Positions 1 through 8,679 of a DNA stretch of 64,000 nt are shown here, piece after piece (the stretch's first letter is position 1; each line of letters begins with the position of its first letter). Origin of the DNA: an uncultured Acidobacteriota bacterium (GTDB lineage: Bacteria; Acidobacteriota; Thermoanaerobaculia; UBA5066; Gp7-AA6); NCBI GenBank assembly GCA_963707935.1, contig CAVPRN010000006.1, forward strand, positions 6,906 to 70,905. Direction: 5' to 3'. A model generated the notes under the pieces. The model searched no databases and was not told the DNA's origin. It saw only the letters and a program-made list of their open reading frames with translations. Made by a program: the position numbers and the translations under genes.

Positions 1-786
1 GCGGCCAAGGCGCGCGCCCTCGCCTCCGAGCTCCCGGGCGCCCGCGCCTTCGAGCGGTTCGGCGACGTCGGCAGGGAATCCGACGTCCTCGTCACCTGCC
101 TGCCCGACGCGCCGGAAGTCGAGTCGGTGCTCTTCGGGCCGGCCGGCGCCGCCGAAGGCCTCGCGTCCGGCGCGATCGTCATCGACTGCTCGACGATCGC
201 CGCGGAAGCCGCCCGCGCGATCGCGGCGCGCCTCTCCGAGCGCAGTGTCGCTCTGCTCGATTCGCCGGTCTCGGGCGGCCAGAAGGGCGCGATCGAAGGT
301 GCCGCTGACCTTCTTCGTCGGCGGGGACGCCGCGGCGCTCGAGCGCGCGCGCCCGGTCTTCCAGGCCATGGGAAAGCGGATCACGCACCTCGGCCCTTCC
401 GGAGCGGGCCAGCTCGGCAAGGCGGCGAATCAGATCCTCGTGGCCGGCAACCTGATCGCGGTCTCCGAGGCGCTCGCTTTCGCGAAACGGGTCGGCCTGC
501 CGCTGCCCGGCGCTCCACGAGGCGCTCACGGCCGGCGCCGCGAACTCCTGGGCGCTCGAAGTGCTCGGGAAGAAGATGATCGACCGCGACTTCGCGCCCG
601 CCTTCGCGATCAAGCACCAGCAGAAAGATCTCGCGATCGTGCTCCGCACCGCGCGCGAGAAGGGCGTTCCGCTTCCCGGCGCGGCCCTCGTCCACCAGCT
701 CCTCTCGGCGCTCGAGGCGCAGGGGCGTGGGGACGACGGCACCCAGGCGTCTGCTCACTCTTTACGAGCGGCTGGAAGGCCGCTGA
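1..786 (+). pseudogene. 3-hydroxyisobutyrate dehydrogenase-family NAD(P)-dependent oxidoreductase; 5' end outside window; reading frame broken about 3 times
   Basis: Family-typical segments lie in different frames. LDSPVSGGQKGAIEG is in the frame of ORF 127..579. TFFVGGD...FQAMGKRITHLGPSGAGQLGKAANQILVAGNLIAVSEALAFAKRVG is in ORF 245..907. ALHEALTAGAANSWALEVLGKKMIDRDFAPAFAIKHQQKDL is in ORF 561..1196. A final LLTLYERLEGR plus stop at 784-786 is in yet another frame. Shifts lie near 300, 508 and 745. Confidence 0.85.
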
Positions 787-903
787 TCCTCTGCCGGCCA
801 TCCCTGACGCTGGTGAGATCGAATCAGGAGTCCTCCCGGAGACGGCTGCTAGCGTGTTCCCGGGCCGGGCGCCGGACGCCACGGCAACCACAAGGAGGCT
901 TCG

Positions 904-1353
904 ATGAGAAGGGGATTTGGATTGACTCTGGCGGGTCTCCTGCTCGTGTCGTCGGCGATCGCCCAGGAGAGGTCCGCGCCGCCTCCGGGGCCGATGGCCG
1001 AGGAGTGCATGAAACACTGCCGGCAGATGGCCGAGGCCCGGCAGAAGGCAATGGACGTGCGCAAGGCGCACCTGGAGAAGATGGATGCCGCCTTCAAGGA
1101 CGTCCGCGCGCAACTGGATGCAGCCAAGAAGCTGCGCGGGGACAAGAAGGTCGCCGCCCTGGAGGCGACGATCGAGAAGCTCGTCTCATTCCATGAATCG
1201 ATGCGGGAAGAGATGAGCGCGATGCCCGGCATGGGTCCTGGAATGATGATGGGCCACCACTCGATGATGATGGGAATGGGCTCCTGCTGCGCGCCAATGG
1301 CCGCGATGAGCGACTGTCCGATGATGAAGGACGAGGCGCCCTCAAAGAACTGA
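904..1353 (+). CDS. secreted Met/His/Cys-rich small protein, possible periplasmic metal-binding protein
   Basis: Intact 149-aa ORF with GC-rich third positions. Signal peptide MRRGFGLTLAGLLLVSSAIAQE. Helical K/A/E-rich middle with ECMKHC. C-terminal tail MPGMGPGMMMGHHSMMMGMGSCCAPMAAMSDCPMM. Confidence 0.75.
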   Translation: MRRGFGLTLAGLLLVSSAIAQERSAPPPGPMAEECMKHCRQMAEARQKAMDVRKAHLEKMDAAFKDVRAQLDAAKKLRGDKKVAALEATIEKLVSFHESMREEMSAMPGMGPGMMMGHHSMMMGMGSCCAPMAAMSDCPMMKDEAPSKN

Positions 1354-1357
1354 CGCC

Positions 1358-2524
1358 TCAGAGCCCGAGCGCTTCCAGGAACTCCTCGGCCACGACCGGC
1401 GCGTCATAGCGCGCGACGCGCCGGCGCCCTCCGGCGGCGAGCCGCCGCCGCTCCTCGACGCTCCCGGCGAGCCGATCCAGGGCGAACGCGAGCGCCGGCA
1501 CGTCTCTCGGCGGGACGAGCAGCCCGCACTCGCCGTCCCGTACCACTTCCGGGACCGCCGCCGTCTGGCACGCGACGATCGGCAGACCCGCGGCCATCGC
1601 TTCGAGGAAGACGATCCCGAAACCCTCCTGCGCGCTCGGCAGACAGAAGATATCGGCGCTCCGGTACTCCTCCGCCAGGCGTCCGAAGGGGACGTGGCCG
1701 AGCAACGCCACCCGGTCCGTCAGCCCGAGCTCGGAGACGAGGCCCTCGAGCGCGGCCCGCCGGGGCCCCGTGCCGACGACGCGCAGGCGCGCGGGCTCGC
1801 GCATCAGGAGCAGCGCGCGCACGAGCGACTCGACCTGCTTGCGCGGGTAGAGATGCGCCACGCACAGAATGACGGGGCCCTCCCGCTCGACGCGCGAGGC
1901 CGCCGCCAGCGAGGCCTCCCAGCGGATCCGGTCGATCGGCTCGGGCACGATTCGGATGCGCTCGGGCGCGACGCCGTACTCCGACGCGATTCGGGCGGCG
2001 GCGTACTCGCTCGTCGTCAGGACGAGATCGGCCCCGGCCGCATGGAGCTTCTCGAGCCGGGCCGCGAGGCGCAGGGACAGACGCGTCGCGCCCCGCTCGA
2101 AGCGCAATTCGTCGGCGATGACCCCCTTGATCGACGCGACGCGGAGCGTCCCGGGGGCGGACACGAAGAGGCCGTCCAGATCGAATCCGACGACGGCGTC
2201 GAACTTCCGGCCCGTCGCGGCGCCCCGCACGCCGAGGTTGAAGAGGAGGCGCGAGATCGTCGCCGCCGAACGGCCGGACGGCGCGACGAGGTCCACCCGG
2301 TGGCCGGCGTCCTCGAGAGCCTCTCGCAGAACGGTGATCCCGACGTAGGTGCCGCTTCCGTCGCGCACCGAAGCCGGCGTGCCGGTGACGAAGAGGAGCC
2401 TCCTCGCGGGACGGGCGAGCGGCCTCGATCGGGGAATGATCGGCGCGCGAGGGCGATTCTCAAACGGGTCCGCCGAGTGGTGTGCCGCCGTCATCAGGAG
2501 AGTTCCAACGGAGAGCCGGAGCAA
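1358..2524 (-). CDS. glycosyltransferase family 4 (GT-B fold)
   Basis: Intact 388-aa ORF. Typical GT4 C-terminal signature LPSAQEGFGIVFLEAMAAGLPIVA. The start may be the internal Met at 2494. Confidence 0.9.
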   Translation of the reverse strand: MLRLSVGTLLMTAAHHSADPFENRPRAPIIPRSRPLARPARRLLFVTGTPASVRDGSGTYVGITVLREALEDAGHRVDLVAPSGRSAATISRLLFNLGVRGAATGRKFDAVVGFDLDGLFVSAPGTLRVASIKGVIADELRFERGATRLSLRLAARLEKLHAAGADLVLTTSEYAAARIASEYGVAPERIRIVPEPIDRIRWEASLAAASRVEREGPVILCVAHLYPRKQVESLVRALLLMREPARLRVVGTGPRRAALEGLVSELGLTDRVALLGHVPFGRLAEEYRSADIFCLPSAQEGFGIVFLEAMAAGLPIVACQTAAVPEVVRDGECGLLVPPRDVPALAFALDRLAGSVEERRRLAAGGRRRVARYDAPVVAEEFLEALGL

Positions 2525-2573
2525 GCAATTTGCATTCCAGCGCCCGGACGGCGCGGGGCCGGGGTGCCGGACG

Positions 2574-3113
2574 TCACAGCCCGCCGCTCCCCTCCGGAAA
2601 CGCCAGGTACAGGCCGGCCCACAGGAGCGGATGGATGAGCGAGCCGGCGCGCTCGCGCCCGCGGGTCCACTCGCGCACCCTTTCGAGCGGGACTTCGTGG
2701 AGCGTGATCTCCTCCTCGGCCGTCGGCTCCCCGGCCCTCCGCGCTCCCCGCGCGAGGAAGAACGCGACGGTCTCCGACGCGAGCCCGGGCGAGCTCGGCC
2801 CCGCGCCGAGAAATTCGAGCTTCTCCGCCGCGAACCCGGTCTCTTCGCGGAGCTCGCGCGCCGCGGCTTCCTCGGCCTTCTCCGGCCCGTCGTCGCCGAC
2901 GAGTCCCGCGGGAAGCGAGAGGACGCGCCCGCCGACCGGCGGCCGGTGCTCCTCGACCAGGAGGAGCTTCCGATCGGGCGTCACGGCCACGACCATCACG
3001 CCGCCGGCCCTTCCCCGCCGCTCGACGTACTCCCACGAGCCCTTCTGACGGAGAGAGAGATGCCGCCCTTCGTAGAGGAGCCGATCGTCGCGATCCGGAG
3101 AGGCGCTGCCCAT
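2574..3113 (-). CDS. NUDIX hydrolase (ADP-ribose pyrophosphatase-like)
   Basis: C-terminal 179 aa of ORF 2574..4421, starting MGSASPDRDD at ATG 3113. Nudix box E-x7-RELREETGF. The upstream part of the long ORF is R/G/A-rich with no motifs. Confidence 0.85.
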   Translation of the reverse strand: MGSASPDRDDRLLYEGRHLSLRQKGSWEYVERRGRAGGVMVVAVTPDRKLLLVEEHRPPVGGRVLSLPAGLVGDDGPEKAEEAAARELREETGFAAEKLEFLGAGPSSPGLASETVAFFLARGARRAGEPTAEEEITLHEVPLERVREWTRGRERAGSLIHPLLWAGLYLAFPEGSGGL

Positions 3114-3170
3114 CTCGACCTCCGTCCCCCCGCGGGGCGCGCCCACTCTATCTTCGCCGCACTGCTGCTG

Positions 3171-4376
3171 ATGGCTCGCGTGGCCGGGGGGGAGGCGTCG
3201 CCGGAGGCGACGCCGCCTCCCGCCGGAGCCGCCGCTCTGCGCATCGGGCGGCTCGAAAAGGCGCTCGAGCAGTCGCCCGACAACGGCGGACTCATGTACG
3301 AGCTCGCGGTCGCGGAGGTCGGCGTCGGCCGCCACGCCGACGCGATCCGCTGGCTCGAGAAGGCCGAGTCGCTCGGATGCGATCTCGATTTCGCTCGGGA
3401 GCCGGCTTTCGCACCGCTCAAGAAGTTCGAGTCCTACCGCGAGCTCGCGCACCGCTCGTCGCTCGTGACGCCGGCGCGGTCGAGCGCTCTCGCTTTCCGC
3501 ATCGCCGAGCCGGATCTCGTTCCGGAGGGGATCGCGTACGACCCGGTCTCGAAGAGCCTCTACGTCGGGAGCCTCGCGAAGAAGAAGATCGTCCGCCTCG
3601 GCCCGGACGGCGCCGCGAAGGACTTCGTCCCGAGCGGCCGGGACGGCCTCTGGACCGTCCTCGGCCTCAAAGTGGACGCGAAGAGGCGGATCCTCTGGGC
3701 CGCTTCGGCGGCCGACGGCCGGGAGGGGCGGGCGGCCGGCTCTTCGGCGCTCTTCGCCTTCGATCTCCCGTCCGGCGCGCTCCGCTCGCGCCACGTCCTC
3801 GACGGAACGCCGCGCAAGCATCTTTTGAACGATCTCGCTTTGACCGCCGGCGGAGACGTCTTCGTCACCGACAGCGAGGCGGGCGCCGTGCACCGGCTCT
3901 CCTCCGGCGGAGGATCGCTCGAAGAGTGGCTCCCCGCGGACACGTTCACGTATCCCAACGGGATCGCCCTCGACCCGGAGCAGCGCCGCCTCTACGTCGC
4001 CGACTTCGCGAAGGGGCTCTCGATCGTCGAGATCGCGACGAAGACGGTCCGCCCCGTTTCCCATCCGCGCGGCGTAACGCTCCACGCGATCGACGGCCTG
4101 AGCGCGTTGCCCGGAAGCCTCGTCGCGATCCAGAACGGCCCGGAGATGCAGCGAGTCGCGCGGTTCTTCCTCGATTCGACCGGCGATCGCGTCACCGGCG
4201 TCCGCGCGATCGAGAGCCGGAATCCCGATTTCGACACGCCGACGACGGGTGCCGTCGCCGGAAGCGACTACTACTACCTCGCCAACTCGCAGCTCGAGAG
4301 CCTCGGCGAGGATGGCCGAGTCAAGAGCGGCGTCCGCCTGCGCGACGTCCTCGTCTTCCGGGCACGGCTCGAATAG
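3171..4376 (+). CDS. secreted SMP-30/gluconolactonase/LRE-like beta-propeller protein with N-terminal TPR-like segment
   Basis: C-terminal about 400 aa of ORF 2349..4376, from ATG 3171. Repeated propeller-like blades: PEGIAYDPVSKSLYVGS, LNDLALTAGGDVFVTDS, YPNGIALDPEQRRLYVADF. Function is family level only. Confidence 0.65.
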   Translation: MARVAGGEASPEATPPPAGAAALRIGRLEKALEQSPDNGGLMYELAVAEVGVGRHADAIRWLEKAESLGCDLDFAREPAFAPLKKFESYRELAHRSSLVTPARSSALAFRIAEPDLVPEGIAYDPVSKSLYVGSLAKKKIVRLGPDGAAKDFVPSGRDGLWTVLGLKVDAKRRILWAASAADGREGRAAGSSALFAFDLPSGALRSRHVLDGTPRKHLLNDLALTAGGDVFVTDSEAGAVHRLSSGGGSLEEWLPADTFTYPNGIALDPEQRRLYVADFAKGLSIVEIATKTVRPVSHPRGVTLHAIDGLSALPGSLVAIQNGPEMQRVARFFLDSTGDRVTGVRAIESRNPDFDTPTTGAVAGSDYYYLANSQLESLGEDGRVKSGVRLRDVLVFRARLE

Positions 4377-4577
4377 CCCGGCGGCCGCCCCCGGGGCTCG
4401 GCCCGAAGATGGCTCGGGCATTGCTACCTTCCCGGGTCACGGACGATCTCCGAACGGAAGGGCCGTATGCCAACGATCGTCTCCGGTGGCAAACCGTTTG
4501 AATTCAATGGCTAAGACCGCAGCGGATGTCTCGGGCCGGGCCTCCAGGGCCGGCTCGCCGCCACTTTTTTTCACCCG

Positions 4578-6389
4578 ATGAGAGAAGAAACGGCACTCCC
4601 GCGGCCGTTCGGCGACTACCTCCTGGTGGCGCAGCTCGGCGACGACCCGCTCGGCAGCGTCTACCGCGCCCTCCACTCGGCCGCGGAGAAGCGGTTCGTG
4701 CGTCTCCGGATCCTGCAGTCGGGCGAGCTCTCTCCGCGGGCCGTCGTCGCGGCCGTGCAGAAGCTCGAGGCGCAGGGCGCCTCCCTCGCGCACGACGGCA
4801 TCGTTCGACGCCCCCAGTTCGGCGTTCTCTCAGGCGTCCCCTACATGGCCTGGTACGAGACGGCCGGCTGGACGCTCGACCGCGTGCTCGCGATGGCGCG
4901 CGACGCCAAGGCCCCGGTCACGACCGAGTACGCCCTGCTTCTCGGCGAGCGGATGATCGAAGCGATGGAAGCGGCCACGCGCTTCCTCGAGAAGGATCTC
5001 GTGCCGCACGGCGCCCTCTGGCCGGGCTTCGTGTCCATCTCGAACGACGCCGAGGTGCGCATCGCCGGCTTCGGGCTCTCGACCGCGGTGCTGCCGGCGC
5101 TGCGCAAGCCCCGCGTGTCCCGCGAGGTGGCGCCCTACATCGCCCCCGAGGCGCGCGACCGCAAGCGCGCGATTGCCAACTCCGACGTCTATTCGCTCGG
5201 GATCATGCTGCTCGAGCTCCTCACGGGACGGCGGCCGGCCCTGGGCGCTCCGCTGCCGGAGCTCCGCGCCGGGGATCCCTTCTCCCGCGAAGTCAGCGCC
5301 TTCCTGAAAATCTCGCTCGCGCCTCCGGACGAGCGCTTCGCGACGATCTCCGACATGCGGAGGGCGCTCCAGGAAACGATGCGCGCGGCGCCGAAGCTGC
5401 TCTATCCGGCGGGGCTCGCCTTCTATCTCTACAAGCTCCTGAACCCCGAGAGCACCGGCGTTCCGCCGGCGGATGCCGACGCGACGAATCCGGTCGAGTC
5501 GGAGCCGCGGCTGGCGGGAGGCTCCCCCGTCGACGCTCCGTTCGAGACCCCGTCGCCCGCCCCGGAGATCTCCTCCGCGCGCTCCGAAGACACGACGGCC
5601 TCCGAGCCCTTCGACCTGAACCCGGCGGAGCTCTCCGCGGCGCTCGGCGAGGAGACGAATCCGGCCGGTCTCTCGATTTCGGACCTGCCGCGCGATCTCA
5701 CGGAAGAAGCGCGACTGGCCGAGGACGAGGAAGCCGCGGAGGTGCCGGCGGCGACCCTCACGGACACCGCGCTCCTCGAAGCCGCTCGAATCCGGCCGCC
5801 GGTCCATCCGCGGAGCACGCTTGCTCTCGTCATCCTGGCCTGCACGGTCTTCGGCCTGGCGCTCTGGATCGACACGGCGAGGGCGAAACGCCTCGCGACG
5901 CCGCTCCCGCCTCCGGTCGATTCGGCCGCTTCCGCGGAACCCTTGCCGGCTCCCCTACCGACGGCGCCCGTCCCCCTCGAGGCGGCGCCCCCCGGACCCG
6001 CGTCCCGGCCCTTCGTCGCGGTCGCCGCCGCGCCCGCGCCCCGAGAATCCTCGGCCCCGGCCGCCCTTCCGGCTCCCCGATCGCTCTCCGCGCGGATTCT
6101 CCGGGCGCAGAGGCTCGAGCGAGAGAACTTGAGGCGCGCCGCCGAGGACGTTCGCCTGCGGGCGGGGCTCGCGCGCGTCGCCGCGCAGCGCCTCGACGGA
6201 GCCGCCATCGCGCCCGACACCTTCGCCGAAGCGACCGATCGGGAGCACGAGGGCGAAGAGCTCTTCCGCCTCGGCCGGTTCGACGGCGCGAAGGACGCTT
6301 TCGAGGACGCGGCCCGCCTCTACCACGCGGCGGAGAGCACGTCCCACGAAGAGCGCGTCAAGCGGGTCAAGCTCTCGCCCGCTCCGTAG
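4578..6389 (+). CDS. membrane-anchored Hanks-type protein kinase-like protein with degenerate catalytic motifs (pseudokinase)
   Basis: Intact 603-aa ORF. Kinase-fold landmarks are retained (YIAPEA, SDVYSLGIMLLELLTGRRP). The beta3 Lys context reads FVRLRIL. HRDxKxxN is replaced by PHGALWPGF, and DFG by AGFG. One TM segment (LALVILACTVFGLALWI), a Pro/Ala-rich linker and a C-terminal helical domain follow. Confidence 0.8.
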   Translation: MREETALPRPFGDYLLVAQLGDDPLGSVYRALHSAAEKRFVRLRILQSGELSPRAVVAAVQKLEAQGASLAHDGIVRRPQFGVLSGVPYMAWYETAGWTLDRVLAMARDAKAPVTTEYALLLGERMIEAMEAATRFLEKDLVPHGALWPGFVSISNDAEVRIAGFGLSTAVLPALRKPRVSREVAPYIAPEARDRKRAIANSDVYSLGIMLLELLTGRRPALGAPLPELRAGDPFSREVSAFLKISLAPPDERFATISDMRRALQETMRAAPKLLYPAGLAFYLYKLLNPESTGVPPADADATNPVESEPRLAGGSPVDAPFETPSPAPEISSARSEDTTASEPFDLNPAELSAALGEETNPAGLSISDLPRDLTEEARLAEDEEAAEVPAATLTDTALLEAARIRPPVHPRSTLALVILACTVFGLALWIDTARAKRLATPLPPPVDSAASAEPLPAPLPTAPVPLEAAPPGPASRPFVAVAAAPAPRESSAPAALPAPRSLSARILRAQRLERENLRRAAEDVRLRAGLARVAAQRLDGAAIAPDTFAEATDREHEGEELFRLGRFDGAKDAFEDAARLYHAAESTSHEERVKRVKLSPAP

Positions 6390-6519
6390 CTCCGCCCGGC
6401 GCGCCCGACCTCGCCCGATCCGTCCGAGAGCATCCCCCGAAGCGGGGCTCCTGCTAGCATTGCGCGCCGCGTCGCCGGGGAACGCCGGCGGGCGCGAGAG
6501 CGTTTTGACGAAGAGGAAC

Positions 6520-8558
6520 ATGCACGAGATCCAGTCCGCCCGCTTCCATCCCGGCGCGACGCCCGCGGACTTGCCGCTCCCGCCGGCCGCCGGGAGCGCC
6601 GCTTCGGCCGGACGCGAGATCCGCGGGCGCGCCCTGATCCTCTGGGATCCGAAGGACCCGACCCGCAAGCTCGACGCGATCGACACCGACCAGATCACGC
6701 CGGCCGCCGACTGCGTCTCCGAGAGCCTCGAGACGCTCGATGAGCGCTGGAAGGCCGGCTCCTTCCGCCACCTGGTGCCGGATTTCCGGCGAGCGCGTCC
6801 ACGGCGGGCGAGACCTTCCTGATCGCCGGGGACCGCTTCGCGATCGGCTCCTCGCGGGAGATGAGCCCGGCGGGTCTCAAGGGCGTCGCCGAGGAGGCGG
6901 GCCGCGAGCTCGTCGTCGTGTGCGGCCACAACATGGGCGACATCTTCCGGCGCAACGCTTTCAACCTCGGCCTCCACGTCGTCCAGAGCCCGGAAGCCGT
7001 CGCGGACGCGCGGGACGGAGACGTCTTCTCCTTCGACCCAGCGACGCGCCGGCTGACCAACGAGACGCGGGGGAAGGGCTACGAACCGGTCCCGCTCTCG
7101 CTCCAAGGAGGAAGAGATCCGCAAGAGCGGCGGCATTTTCGCGGTGGGCCGCCGGGAGCTCGCGGAGTCGATCGCGCGGCGCCCCGAGATCCGGTGGCCC
7201 GATCCCGACGTCGCGCGGCGCCTGACGACGACGGAACAGATCGTGTGGGCGCATCGCGTCGACAAGGACGCGCGCGTCGAGCCGGGGACGACGCTCCGCG
7301 TCTTCGCCGACCTGCTCCCGGCGTCCGACGGCACGGCTCCCTTCGCGATCCACACCTTCAACCAGATCACCGGCGGCGAGACGATCTACCCGCGCCAGGC
7401 CGCGGTCGCCAACGACCACTTCGTCTTCACGGGCAAGGAGACCGACGACCGGCAGACGGCGATCGGCCGGGAGTTCGCCACGCCGCCACGGGATCGAGAA
7501 GCCCTACTACGCGACGCCGGGCGACGGGATCTTCCACTTCTACTTCCCGGAGCAGGGGCTGGTGCTCCCCGGTCAGTTCATCCCCGGCGCCGACTCGCAC
7601 AGCCGCGCCTACGGCGCGTACGGGGCCGTCGGCTTCGGCGTCGGCTCGACGACGCTCGGGTTCGGCTGGGCGACCGGGTACGTCTACTTCACGCCGGCCC
7701 GGGCGCGCCGCGTCGTCTTTCGCGGGAGCCTGCAGCCCTGGGTCTCGGGCAAGGACGTCGTGCTCGAGCTGCTGCGCCGCTGGGGCGCGAAGCAGGCGCA
7801 GGGGATGTCGGTCGAGTTCGTGGACGAGAGACGACAGCTCCCGATGGTGTTCCGCAACACGATCGCCAACATGATGGCGGAGGCGGAGGCCTCGAACGGC
7901 ATCTTCGCCGAGGACGAGATCACCGACGCCTGGTACCGCGCGAAGGGGATCGACCGTCTGCCGTACCCGCGGCTCGCGCCCGGCGCCGACGCCGTCTACG
8001 AGATCGACGAGGCGCTCGATCTCTCCGAGATCGCGCCGATGATCGCCAAGCCCTTCTCGCCCGGCAACGCCTTCGCCGGCCGAGGAGGTCGCGCGGGAGA
8101 AGCTGACGTTCGACAAGGCCCTGATCGGCTCCTGCACCAACGGCAGCTACGACGACCTGCTCTCGGCCGCGCTCGTGCTGCGCGCCGCGCGCGAGCGGGG
8201 ATTTCGAAAGGTGGCCCGGCCCTTCGCGATCTTCCCCGGCTCGGGCGGCGTGAAGCGGCGCATCGAGGGGCCGGAGGCGCGCCTCTCGGGCGAGTCGATC
8301 GCGGAGGTCTTCCGCTCCGTCGGTGGCGAGATCCGCCCCTCCTGGTGCGGCCCCTGCTTCGGCCAGGGCTCCGACGCCCTGAAGAAGGGGGAGCGCGCGA
8401 TCACGTCCTTCAACCGGAACTGGCAGAACCGGATGGGGGTGGGGGGCGAGGGCTATCTCGCCTCCCCCGCCGTCGTCGCCGCCTCGGCGCTGGCCGGCTA
8501 CATGGCGCCCCCTTCCGAGCTCGGCCTCGCCTGGGACGCCGAGCGGTTCGGAGTGTAG
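6520..8558 (+). pseudogene. aconitase-superfamily hydro-lyase with N-terminal LeuD-like swivel domain fused to LeuC-like catalytic domains; at least 4 frame changes
   Basis: Swivel-type GRALILWD...IDTDQITPA is in ORF 6460..6822. FAIGSSREMSPAGL...VVVCGHNMGDIFRRNAFNLGL is in 6861..7874. TTEQIVWAHRV... is in 7144..8106. IPGADSHSRAYGAYGAVGFGVGST is in 7562..8596. LIGSCTNGSYDDL and SWCGPCFGQG are in 8175..8558. ATG 6520 is preceded by GAAGAGGA. Confidence 0.8.
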
Positions 8559-8561
8559 GGC

Positions 8562-8661
8562 GCCTTGGCGACGGAGGACTGAGGACTCGGGGCTGAGGAC
8601 TGTGGTGGCAATTGCCGCTGGAGTCCTCGGTCCTCAGTCCTCTGTCCCCAGTCGTCAGTGC
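8562..8661. repeat. 100-bp near-perfect palindrome built from about 5+5 heptamer units (TGAGGAC / GTCCTCA), centred on GGCAATTGCC
   Basis: Hand alignment about centre 8611/8612 over 50 nested positions gives 36 Watson-Crick, 8 G-T and 6 mismatches. It fills the spacer between convergent stops at 8558 and 8680. Confidence 0.85.
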
Positions 8662-8679
8662 CGGCGCTCCGGAGCCCCG

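Noticed and set aside
2349-3170. N-terminal extensions of long ORFs: 2349..4376 (first about 270 aa), 2574..4421 (first about 435 aa), 31114..31347, 56580..56810, 42593..42832.
   Set aside because: The extensions are low-complexity Arg/Pro/Gly-rich, overlap other well-supported genes, and lack RBS support. In-frame starts that give signal peptides or family-typical N-termini were preferred.
4535-4571. Hairpin GCCGG-G-CC TCCA GG-G-CCGGC followed by TTTTTTT, read as an intrinsic terminator upstream of the pseudokinase gene.
   Set aside because: The T-run starts about 10 nt after the stem, and the stem is short with a G-G mismatch. This is not convincing enough to call.
8562-8661. Heptamer arrays at 8562-8661 and 41548-41660 read as CRISPR arrays.
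   Set aside because: The repeat unit is 7 nt with no spacers, and no cas genes or leader are present. The period and architecture are incompatible with CRISPR.
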